From contig JAUCBJ010006036.1 of NCBI GenBank assembly GCA_032718475.1, positions 1-32,245 on the forward strand: 32,245 nt of DNA. Reading direction: 5' to 3'. Positions 1 through 9,985 of this stretch are shown piece by piece; position 1 is the first letter of the stretch; every line of letters starts with the position of its first letter. Source of the DNA: Nemertoderma westbladi (Eukaryota > Animalia > Xenacoelomorpha). The position numbers and the translations under genes were made by a program. Under the pieces are notes generated by a model. That model made no database searches and was not told the DNA's origin. It saw only the letters and a program-made list of their open reading frames with translations.

Positions 1-13
1 AAGTAATATCAAA

Positions 14-3000
14 ATGGATATTATTAGACATTATACACGTTTGGGAATTCTTGATTATCCTAAAGTAGATATTCCAAATGTAACTCTGATTATAGGAATG
101 AATGCACCAGGGATACATCGACATTTGAATGAGAGTCCATATAATGGTCCTGACGAACCTTTCGCAGTGGAAACACCACTAGGATGGACAATGATAGGTT
201 CAATTACGACAGAAATTGAGAAAAATAGCACTGGCATCAAGAATTTCCATTTTATTCAATCACCTAAGAATGGCAATGTTGATTCAGACATACATGATGA
301 TATTTATATGCAGATTAACCATGATCCTGATCCAACAGAAGATGAGCATCAACTTGGACTCTCGAAAGTTGACAAACGTTGCATAGAAATTCGCAACAAG
401 ACATTGAAATTAGTCAATGGTCATTATTCCATGGGCATGCTATGGAAAACTGACAACCTCAAACTGGAAAATAATTTCCCATTAGCACTACAACGTTTAC
501 ATTCTTTAAAGAAACGTTTAGCAAAACGTCCAGATGTACTTCCCAAGTATAGGGAAATTTTACAGGGCTATCTGAATGAGGGGATGGCAGAATTGTTGAC
601 TCCCGAGCAAATTAAGACAACAACAGACAAGACATATTATTTGCCGACGCACTTTGTGGAAAATAAGACAAAAATAAGAATAGTAAACAATGCAGCAGCG
701 AAATACAAAGGGAAGAGTCTTAACTCGTACCTACATGAAGGTCCAAATATTTATAATACAATTTTCGGCATTTTGCTGAGATTCAGAAGACATAAGATCT
801 GTATTTTAGCAGACATTGAGAAAATGTTTTTGCAAGTAAGGACACCACCAGAGGACAATGACTGTATGAGGATCTTATGGTTCCAGAAACCAGTAGACTC
901 AGCAGAATTAGAAGATATTGATTCAGTACAAGTATTAAGGATGTTGGTAAAAGCATTTGGTTTAGCCGATTCACCTTATGCATCTACCTCTAGCCTTCAA
1001 CAGTGTGGTGTAGATAATTGTAACTCGTTTGCACCACCTATTATCAAAGCTATCAAGGAAAGTTTTTATGTCGATGATCTAATGGATTCAAAACCTACAG
1101 TAGAAGAGGCATACAAACTTTCTATAGGTCTAATTAACTGTGTAAAGTTAGGAGGTTTTAACCTGACAAAATTTCAGTCAAATTCAGAACAGCTTCTTAA
1201 TATGTTACCTGTAGGTAAAGTAGCACCTATATCAACTGCACCGATGCGATTGGAATTCGATGAAATTCCCGGAACACCTGTTGTAGAGCTACCTGAAGTG
1301 AGTAGGGCATTAGGGATCAGATGGTCACCTAAGACAGATAATTTCAGTTACTCAGCGAGTATAGCACCATGTAAGTTAACAAAACGTGGGTGCTATAGTT
1401 CGTTATATTCAATCTATGACCCTATTGGTTTCTTAACCCCACTAACTCTTAATGGCAAGATGCTGATGCGAGAAATGTGGAGGGAGAAACTTGGGTGGGA
1501 TATTAAATTACCACCATTTCTAGAATCAGAATGGTTAGCTTGGAGATCCCAGTTAGAAGGAATCTCGGAGTTGATAGTTAGTCGACCATATTTTAATAAC
1601 CGCCATGATGAGGATAAGTACGAATTACATCATTTCTGTGATGCATCTCAGTATGCATATGGTGCTGTATCATATTTGCGACAAATACCAAAAGATCCAA
1701 ACGAAGGTATTCAGACAGCCTTTGTAACATCTAAAGCAAGAGTAGCACCAATTAAACAGTTATCTATACCCAGATTAGAGCTGCAAGCTGCAGTAGTAGC
1801 TGTACAGTTAGCTTCAATTGTTAAGGCGGAACTAAGAATTGTAGACATGCCATTACAACATTACTATTGGTCTGACTCAACCACAGTTTTACAATACATT
1901 AATAATCAAACTGCTCGCTATAAAATGTTTGTAGCAAATAGAGTAACAGAGATTTCAGCAAGTTCTGAGCCTGATCAATGGTATTATGTTAAAACTCAAG
2001 TAAATCCTGCAGATCATTTAACAAAAGGACTAACAGCTGCCAAACTAGTTAAATCTGAAGACTGGTGGAATGGTCCAGACTTCCTGAAAGAAAAGGATGT
2101 GTTTGAAAAGCACAAACCCATTTCTCAAGACCCATTACTACAAAAGTTAGATAGTGATGCGGAAGTATACTCAGAACTACCATCAACTTCTCGGTTCTAT
2201 TATACATCGCCCGCACCACCAGAAAGTGAAGTAATTACAGACAAATTCGTATCATATTTTTCAAGTTTTCGGCAATCTGCGAGAGCACTATCATGGATTA
2301 GAAGACTTGTCCAATGGAGACGGGATCATATCAAACCTGCTCGAATATTAAATCTCGCAGAAATACAATCAAGTACAATAGCCATTATTAAGTATGAACA
2401 ACATAAAGTCTATAGGACAGAGATGGATGCATTGAAGTTAGGAAAAGAGATAAGTCCAAATTCTTCTCTTCGTACCTTATGTCCTAAATTCAGGGATGGC
2501 GACCAAATTCTTGTTGTTAATTCTAGAATTAAAAGGGCAACACACTTGTCATTAGCTGAGAGGGAACCAATCATTATTCCCAAGAATTCATTAATTATCC
2601 CAGGCTTGATTTGGGATTCACATACTCTTCTTATTCACAGAGGGGAGGATCATGTCTTATCACATTTAAGGAGAGAGTACTGGGTGATAAATGTCCGCCC
2701 TAGAATAAGAAAGGTTCTTAAAACATGCATAATTTGTAAAGCAATCCAGCATAAACTCTTACAGCCTCGTATGGCAGATTTACCAAAATCCAGAGTAGAC
2801 CATAACTCTGCTCCTTTTCAATATACAGGAGTAGATTATTGGGGTCCAATTGTTCTTAAAGTAAATAGAACAAGAGTCAAAGTTTACGGCGTTATGTATA
2901 CTTGCATGGCTAGTAGGGCTGTGCATTTGGATATCGCAGAGAATGCATCAACTGCAGCATTTATGGCCTCATTTCGGAGATTTATTTCTTCTAGGGGTAA

Positions 3001-3721
3001 TGTTCAAAATATGTACTCTGATTGTGGGAGTAATTTTGTAGGAGCTGAGAATGAGCTTCTCGAGGTTGCAGAAGCATTGAATAATGATCAAGAGTACATT
3101 AAATCTCAATTAAGTGCACGAAATGTAGAATGGAAATTCAATGCCCCATACAATCCTCATACAGGAGGAGCTTGGGAAAGAATGATAAGATCCGTTAAGC
3201 AAGGTTTGAAAGCGACGACAGATCGTATTGATACATTAGATGCATATAGAACTGCTCTTTGTGAGATACAGTATGCCATAAACAGCAGGCCTCTATTCGC
3301 ACCAGTAGAAGATCCTACAGGAATAACTCCGATAACTCCTAATGATATCTTGCTTGTAGGAGATTCACCGGCACTTACAGTGCAACCACCAGATACGAGA
3401 GAATTTAGTTCCAAAGACTCGTGGCGCCGTAGTGCGCAAATAGCAAACCAGTTCTGGGAGGTTTGGCAGCAACACTATCTTCCAACGCTGCTCAAACGAT
3501 CTAAATGGCAGGCGCCTTGTAGGAACGTAAGGATTGGTGACCTAGTTTTGGTCAACGACTCCCCAATCCAGCCTAGAAATCGCTGGAATATGGCGAGAAT
3601 CGTTGAGGTCTATCCTGGATCTGATGGCACTGTTAGGTCCGTAAAAATTAAAACAGGGCCCAAGGCATTCCAAATTAGAGGGGTAAACAAACTATGTCTC
3701 TTGGAGGCAGATGAAGCCTAG
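14..3721 (+). CDS. pol: BEL/Pao LTR retrotransposon pol (protease tail, RT, Pao RNase H, integrase, C-terminal DUF5641-like region); 5'-truncated by the window edge
   Basis: 1235-aa ORF, frame open back to the window start. RT motifs LADIEKMFLQV, FGLADSP, FYVDDL. Pao RNase H motifs LHHFCDASQYAYGAVSYLR, SIPRLELQAA, WSDS, NPAD. Integrase H..H..CxxC, GVDYWGP, YSDCGSNF, GGAWERMIRSVK. BEL-type tail GDLVLV..W..ARI..YPGSDG.VRSV.IKT. Confidence 0.97.
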   Translation: MDIIRHYTRLGILDYPKVDIPNVTLIIGMNAPGIHRHLNESPYNGPDEPFAVETPLGWTMIGSITTEIEKNSTGIKNFHFIQSPKNGNVDSDIHDDIYMQINHDPDPTEDEHQLGLSKVDKRCIEIRNKTLKLVNGHYSMGMLWKTDNLKLENNFPLALQRLHSLKKRLAKRPDVLPKYREILQGYLNEGMAELLTPEQIKTTTDKTYYLPTHFVENKTKIRIVNNAAAKYKGKSLNSYLHEGPNIYNTIFGILLRFRRHKICILADIEKMFLQVRTPPEDNDCMRILWFQKPVDSAELEDIDSVQVLRMLVKAFGLADSPYASTSSLQQCGVDNCNSFAPPIIKAIKESFYVDDLMDSKPTVEEAYKLSIGLINCVKLGGFNLTKFQSNSEQLLNMLPVGKVAPISTAPMRLEFDEIPGTPVVELPEVSRALGIRWSPKTDNFSYSASIAPCKLTKRGCYSSLYSIYDPIGFLTPLTLNGKMLMREMWREKLGWDIKLPPFLESEWLAWRSQLEGISELIVSRPYFNNRHDEDKYELHHFCDASQYAYGAVSYLRQIPKDPNEGIQTAFVTSKARVAPIKQLSIPRLELQAAVVAVQLASIVKAELRIVDMPLQHYYWSDSTTVLQYINNQTARYKMFVANRVTEISASSEPDQWYYVKTQVNPADHLTKGLTAAKLVKSEDWWNGPDFLKEKDVFEKHKPISQDPLLQKLDSDAEVYSELPSTSRFYYTSPAPPESEVITDKFVSYFSSFRQSARALSWIRRLVQWRRDHIKPARILNLAEIQSSTIAIIKYEQHKVYRTEMDALKLGKEISPNSSLRTLCPKFRDGDQILVVNSRIKRATHLSLAEREPIIIPKNSLIIPGLIWDSHTLLIHRGEDHVLSHLRREYWVINVRPRIRKVLKTCIICKAIQHKLLQPRMADLPKSRVDHNSAPFQYTGVDYWGPIVLKVNRTRVKVYGVMYTCMASRAVHLDIAENASTAAFMASFRRFISSRGNVQNMYSDCGSNFVGAENELLEVAEALNNDQEYIKSQLSARNVEWKFNAPYNPHTGGAWERMIRSVKQGLKATTDRIDTLDAYRTALCEIQYAINSRPLFAPVEDPTGITPITPNDILLVGDSPALTVQPPDTREFSSKDSWRRSAQIANQFWEVWQQHYLPTLLKRSKWQAPCRNVRIGDLVLVNDSPIQPRNRWNMARIVEVYPGSDGTVRSVKIKTGPKAFQIRGVNKLCLLEADEA

Positions 3722-4156
3722 TGAGTCAAGCGCGCGCGCGTATGTGTATGTATGTATGGCAGTGACATTACTAATACTACTAATGTTACTAATATATACT
3801 TACTAATCATCTTACTAATTGTAAGCATTTCCTACTAAAGGAAGTGGTTAAAAATTTGACATTGACAGTTAGCTAGGTTTGTAGAAAACAAGTTATTAAT
3901 TAATAGACTGTTTCTTGAAATTATAATATAGAAAATGTAGAAAACCAGAGATGCTCTATCATCTCATTAATTGTTAACTTCTTTATTGAATTTCTTTTCA
4001 TTTCTACTCTACGTACCGGTAGGAATCTCATTTGAGTGACTATTTATATTTTATTCTTTACTGAGACGGGACATAAAATATAATACTGTACATCTAGATG
4101 CCGGTACTGTAAAAAAGACCATGGCAAGGGGAGCGGTTTTTTTTTTTAACCGGTAG

Positions 4157-4239
4157 AGAGGAGTTGAGGGCAACATCGAATCGAATCAGTGGATCCAAAG
4201 AGGAGTTGAGGGCAACATCGAATCGAATCAGTGGATCCA
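4157..4239 (+). repeat. 42-bp tandem duplication in the retroelement 3' region
   Basis: AGAGGAGTTGAGGGCAACATCGAATCGAATCAGTGGATCCA starts at 4157 and again at 4199. Confidence 0.95.
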
Positions 4240-4660
4240 GAGCCGTCTAGATGAAGGACATATAAGAATAACCAATATGAAATGTATATTGTTGCTTTGT
4301 TGCTAGAGAGATGTTGCCAAGAAGATGATATTGTTAAATACCTCAATTTATGTTGAATATTTAATGGTTATGAGGGAAATATATAATTCATCTCTAGTTT
4401 ATTTAATGGAGATTATTGTATTATGTTAATGGAGATAAGATAATTATATACCGATAATAGCGATAATTGTTCAATTATGTGTTAGTCAATGATATTTTAA
4501 TGAAAGATTATGATTATATACGTAACGTTTAATCGTGATGATTTGCGATATTGGATTCGATGATTTTACTGACGAACTCAACTCGATTTAATTTCTTTGA
4601 AGATACCTTGGCAGTGTAAACTCAATTCACTGGAGATCGTATGGCTTGCAACGATCTTTT

Positions 4661-4862
4661 TACTCTAGCAGGCCAGGGATTTTGCGCCCGTTCGTTGATA
4701 CGAGATGTGGGTTCGGTTCATTTCGGCGTTTCGATTCGATTCGATTTTGGATCCTTTTGCAAGAGTCTTGTTACCGGTACTCTAGCAGGCCAGGGATTTT
4801 ACGCTCATTCGTTGATACGGCATATCGGTTCGGTTCGTTTTCGGCGGCACGATTCGATTTTG
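4661..4862 (+). repeat. Diverged ~117-bp direct repeat, 2 copies, GC-rich
   Basis: TACTCTAGCAGGCCAGGGATTTT..TTCGTTGATACG..GGTTCGGTTC..TTTCGGCG..GATTCGATT at 4661 and 4778. Confidence 0.9.
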
Positions 4863-5632
4863 GCGCGCGTACGGGAAGGATACACCCTACTAGTCTATCT
4901 AAACAACCACAATCGATACTTTACATCCGCATTTAAATCGTATTTAAACAGGAAGCGGACGTAAATTTGTAACTTAGGACATATCGTATTTAATCATTAG
5001 TTTGTTCTTGAATATAAACGTTATATTTATATTATTTTATGTATTATTGTTCATTGCTGTAATAATTATTCTCCACTGTGTATATTGCATATTGATATAC
5101 CTAACCCTGACTGATATATCTAATTTGTATGGTAAAATTCGTGTAAGTATATAAGGTGTTATATTTCCTTATGTTAATTTCTTTGTGTTTTATGTATTGT
5201 ATACAAATATATGTGTTACGTGCCATATACTATAAGGTGTTATATTTACTTACGGTATGTTAACACTAATCCTGATACAACTTTCATATTTTTGTTAATT
5301 ATTTTGTATTATGATTATTTCTACCAGTTACATTGCGCTAATTTGATGTGCTTAGGCCGTGGTCAATAGTACTATTTTTCGTAATGATTCGAAATTCATT
5401 TCCAATTTTGTAGCACATATTTGAGAATAGTTTCTTTAGAATATTATAGATTATTTTCATTTTATCTTTATCTTACATTATTTATCAATAATGAAACTAT
5501 ATATATTTTCCTATAATGTTAAGATCATATTCGTTTAGAACGTTGATTTCTTCATTTAGTTAGATAATATCGGCTACCACTTTAATATTTATTTTTTTAA
5601 GATATTTCGGTAAAACATCTTACGGAGGAGTC

Positions 5633-6303
5633 TGTTCGCCTCTATTATCTAATATCATAGGAAATGTGCTGTGTCATATAGTATAGGTAGCGAGCATACT
5701 AAGTTCTGATTGGATAAGCCGGTAGAATATGTAGAACGCCGTCCCATCATATAAATGCCTGATTCAGAGCTGTATATTCAGTATTTGATTAGTAATTGTT
5801 CAATTCAGCACCTTAGCATTTTACCGGTAGCACAATTCAGACTTCACTCATTATGGATTGCCAGTTGACCTAGCTAGTTAGTTGAACTATTTTGTTATGC
5901 GATCTTCAGTCTAGAGTCTAGGTGGTCGCATCGTGTTTTATCTTTCTCACAGTGACTTATAGTAATTGGCAACTTACAATTAGTTTTAGTCAGTATAATC
6001 AGCATTCATTCATTCTTATTCATACTGATTATAGCGTATACTTTTCCATTTATTCTGCTATTTCATTATTATATCATATATTTATATTTACCGTGTATCG
6101 CAATCATACCAGCATTCAGTCTTCTTATAAGTCTTATTTTCAATACCGGTAATAATCATATTCAGATACCGTCGGACCGTATTATATTAACAGCCGGTAC
6201 CTTTATCAAGTACACTACCGGTAATGCAGTAATGAATTGCTAATGTACATGATAATACAAACATAGCCTTAGTCTTATTAATATTATTAAGTTATTTCTA
6301 TCA
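5633..6303 (+). repeat. Putative 3' LTR preceded by a polypurine tract (ACGGAGGAG, 5622-5630)
   Basis: CGGAGGAGTC is directly followed by TGTTCGCC at 5633, the usual BEL PPT-TGT junction. TATAAA at ~5750. Candidate end ...TTTCTATCA at 6303 is not verifiable without the 5' LTR. Confidence 0.55.
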
Positions 6304-6502
6304 GTATGCGGGATGCGTAAGAGAGAATAGACAGCAGCGCCAGTCAGCTAGTGACCTGATCAAAACCAAATGCGACCACAAAAATTTAGTCTAGATTTGT
6401 ACTTCCGGTAACCGCCTACAAGCTTTCACAGCCGCGCCTAATTTGACCGCTATCCCATTTTAGGCGCATTATAAAACATTGACCACCCGATATGACGGAT
6501 AG

Positions 6503-6991
6503 CTAGCTACACCCCCCAACAGATAGTTCCTCTGTGCTGCATGGAACTTGGGGAACTTTGAATTTGTATAGATCTGCCCATGCCATGTCATTAAACCTAA
6601 AGAACTTATGAAGTTCCGGGTGGGCATGATATAAGTTTATTAGGTAATCTAATTCTTCCCCATAAACCTCCTGCTCAGAAGCTACAGTTCCGGTTGCCAC
6701 TTTCTCCCGGTAACTGTCAATCTCCTCTAGCAAGTAAGCTACAGTAGTCTTGCGGGTTAACAGGAATTGTTTCATCTGCAATATCCTGCGAAAGGGTGTT
6801 GCTGATAGAGGGGTGCAATTCCTCGTTGCTGTTGAGTGAGGGGCAAACATAATGGGGGATGTGTTCATTACTAGTAGTGATGATGAGCTCTCTCTTAGTG
6901 TGTGGTAAGCGCACAGCTCACTCATACTGCACACATCATAGTATCGATAGATTATAGTTACAAGTTGGGGAATATTATTGCCCACACACAA
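6503..6991 (-). other. Unassigned ORF or possibly frameshifted coding remnant
   Basis: GC richer than its flanks. The C-terminal half (LLEEIDSYREKVATG...EELDYLINLYHAHPELHKFFRF) looks helical and protein-like, and an overlapping 65-aa frame lies upstream. No family recognised. Confidence 0.25.
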
Positions 6992-7020
6992 GAATTTTTT
7001 TCTATCGAAAATTGTTAATA

Positions 7021-7230
7021 AAAAGTTCTAGAACATTTGGTACATGTTCTAGAACATTTAATAAATATTCTAGAACTCTTATCAATAAAAAAAACAGGCA
7101 AAATAGCATAAAAAATAATTATATTTAACAATTTTATTAATAATTTTATTTTTAAAAGAAAATTCATAATTAAAATGTTCTAGAACTTTTTTCAAAGTTA
7201 TAGAACACTCAATAAACGTTCTAGAACTTT
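7021..7230. repeat. Two triplets of the (G)TTCTAGAAC palindrome at ~21-bp spacing
   Basis: TTCTAGAA at 7026, 7047, 7068, 7178 and 7219; variant TTATAGAA at 7198. Confidence 0.85.
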
Positions 7231-8076
7231 TATCAAGAAAAAAACTGACAAAAAAGCATGAAAATTTGTTGAAAAAAAACAACGAAAATGTTGGCACGGG
7301 CGGAACTGTTCCCAACAAAACAATGGTATATAATTGAATTATAAAATTCTCAGAAAAAAGTTGATAAAATAAATAGCTAATGTAAAAATTTCATGAATTT
7401 TTTTTATGTAGGGGGCCTACTCCGCTACTGTAACAGTGAATCCATTCGGGTTGAACACCATCAACGAGGCAGTAGTAAATGATTTCGGTGTAGATGTATT
7501 CAACCCATAGTTAAATCGGTTCGCCTGAGAAACACGAAATAGGAAAGACGTACACAAACTTTCTAGAATTTTAAATTGTGCTTATATTGAATTTATTTAA
7601 TTTATAAATAGTTGGTTTTCAACACTTGAAAAAGATATACATATTATATCGAAAGCTAGTGATAAAGTAATATATGAATTTTTTTTTTAGAATTTTTTCT
7701 GAGGTCGATCTAGGTTTATTTAAAATAATATTATATTTATTTATTATTTTTGCTTAGAAATATACCGGTATATACACTAAACTGGATCCTTTATCTTATC
7801 TTATCGGTTTTCTTATAAATTCAAGTAATATATCTTCCTACAATAATTTTTAATATATTTATATATTTATATATATTAATAATATGACTCTGTTCAAAAA
7901 TAAAAAAAAAGAAGAATCACGATACTAAGGGTTCGAGCCCTGGTGACGACCCCTCAGTTTTTCAATTTCTGGACAGAATCATACAGTATTATGACATCAT
8001 TTATTACAGTTGCATTAACAACTCCAATCCAATTTAACTTTTATTCTACGTACGCTTATCGATGCGGTTGGGTGTT

Positions 8077-8365
8077 ATGGAGGAATCACAACATTCATTG
8101 GGTTCGGAATTTTATTCTACCCATTCGAACATATCGGAATCTATTCCAATAGGAGAGTTGAAACATGGACGGAAAGTGAGCGTTGATTCAATGACCGGAG
8201 AAACGACAACAATAAAGATAAACAGAGATAATAGAGATTTAATTTTCCGGTGTAAACTATCATATGCGGTGGCAGGATTGCTTATTTTTATTATATTAGT
8301 AATTGGGATTGTTTTATCTACACAATACGACCCTGATCATACTAGTAATATATCATTAAGTTCAG
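8077..8365 (+). CDS. Probable first coding exon of a type II single-pass membrane protein (unspliced ORF continues to 8415)
   Basis: Polar N-terminus MEESQHS..., basic residues, then hydrophobic LSYAVAGLLIFIILVIGIVLS, followed by an N-x-S sequon. Donor-like CAG|GTAATA at 8365/8366 and acceptor TTTTCGTTTCAG at 8461. Confidence 0.5.
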
Positions 8366-8599
8366 GTAATAACAGCAACAGCAGTAAGGCTTATAGTTCC
8401 TACAATGATGGGTAATTTATTCAAATTGTCGAACGGGATCCGTTTAATGTTTTCGTTTCAGAAGCTATTAAGTACAGCAGCTTGACTATCACCAATCGTT
8501 ATTATGTACTCAGTAAGATTATTTCAATTTGAAGTAAATAAATTGGAATCAGTTTACAACATAATTTCTCAAAAATAGCATGGTTAATTATTAATACCA

Positions 8600-9547
8600 T
8601 GTGGGGCGAGCCACGAAAGTAAGCGAGCTAAGTAAGCATATACCACTACAGTATCCCAATCGGTGTGTCTGACTGTCTGTAGGCCTACTGTAGGTAGATC
8701 CGTGTTTTTAAAAGTTAATAATTCAGCTAATCCTCAATTAAATCTAACCAAACGTGGTACACATGTTGTTTGGAAAAAGTTTAGAAATTTTCCAAATATA
8801 GTTTGCATGTGGCCTTTAGGACGAGCGCAACGAGGCTAATGAAGGAGGCAAGTATTGTGTTGACTATACTCGTAAACAACTTGGTTTAGCATATTGGACA
8901 ATATGTCATTTTGATCAGTACCGATAGTGGAATGTTTTATGCAAGTTATTTGGTGATCAGATGTAAAGGACGAGTGCAGCGAGGTTTGTAATGGAGAGGA
9001 GTCTGTGTTGACTATACTCCTAATCTATGTATTTGACGTTAATACCGGTAACTCAGGTAAAATCCTTGATGAAATTGAACCAAAACTTGGGTACACATGT
9101 TGTTTGGCAAAAGTTTATAAATTTTCCACATATAATTTGCGTGGGGCCTTCAAGACGAGCGCAACGAGGCCAATGGAGGATGCGAGTATTGTGTTGAATA
9201 TACTCGTAAACAACCTTGTTTAGTATATTGGACGATATGTCATTTTGATCAAACCGGTGGTGGAATGTTTTATGCTAGATAAATAGGACGAGCCAAACGA
9301 GGCTAATGAAGGAGACGAGTATTGTAAAAATAAAAAGGTCATACTTAACTTAAATAGCCCTAGTTAGTAGGTGTACAAATAACAGTTAAAGCGTGTAAGG
9401 GCAAACTGTAATGAACCTCTGTTTGACCAGTTTGACGCAAACTGAAAGCATCACTCATAGATAATTTGGGAATGATTGTTTTCATAGATCTAATATAGAT
9501 TAGAACACTTTCTTATAGAGGCTATCGTGCTGCGCGAAGGCCCCACA
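8600..9547 (+). mobile_element. Non-autonomous element, Helentron/HINE (DINE-1)-like
   Basis: Ends TGTGGGGCGAGCCACGAA ... GCGCGAAGGCCCCACA form a short inverted repeat. GTCT-like microsatellite near the left end, an internal ~200-bp direct repeat (~8750-8945 and ~9085-9277), and repeated GACGAGCGCAACGAGG. A homologous inverted copy lies at 26796-27374. Class assignment is inference. Confidence 0.75.
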
Positions 9548-9985
9548 ATGTGTATATTATGGCAATCATGTTACGGTAATAAACATAAATGTGGCGAAGA
9601 TCAGGGATTAGCATGATAACCCATGGCAGCAATATATTTCTGCAACAAAAGTTACTTCGTCTGAGGGGGTCAGCCATAAGTTGTTGCTGGACACACTCAG
9701 CAATAACATTGCATCAGCGCAACAGTCAGAAATTTCTTGCTGCAAAATTATAAAAAATAGATTTCCAGTAGCATTTTTACATACAGTAAATGGCGTGACG
9801 AAATTCAGGGGAAAATCGACGCAAATATCAGCTGATCACTCCTAATAATAAAACTGTAACCTGTTCTAGACTTTTGTTTATTTGTTAGAATAACGTACTA
9901 CTTTAACCTGCTCCTTTCCCTTAATCGATATTTTAATATTGAGATGATATATTAATTCGTCGAGATGGGGGTGGATAAAGAGATG

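Larger units (their letters stand above)
1..6303 (+). mobile_element. BEL/Pao LTR retrotransposon, 3' portion
   Basis: pol ORF, then ~1.9 kb non-coding DNA, a purine tract and a TG-starting LTR candidate. The right boundary is inferred because the 5' LTR is outside the window. Confidence 0.75.

Noticed and set aside
55-3414. Small antisense ORFs within pol (similarly within SLC26 and STAT)
   Set aside because: Shadow frames of real coding sequence.
4641-4964. env or accessory ORF in the BEL tail
   Set aside because: Short overlapping ORFs over a direct repeat, with no signal peptide, TM segment or fusion-protein features.
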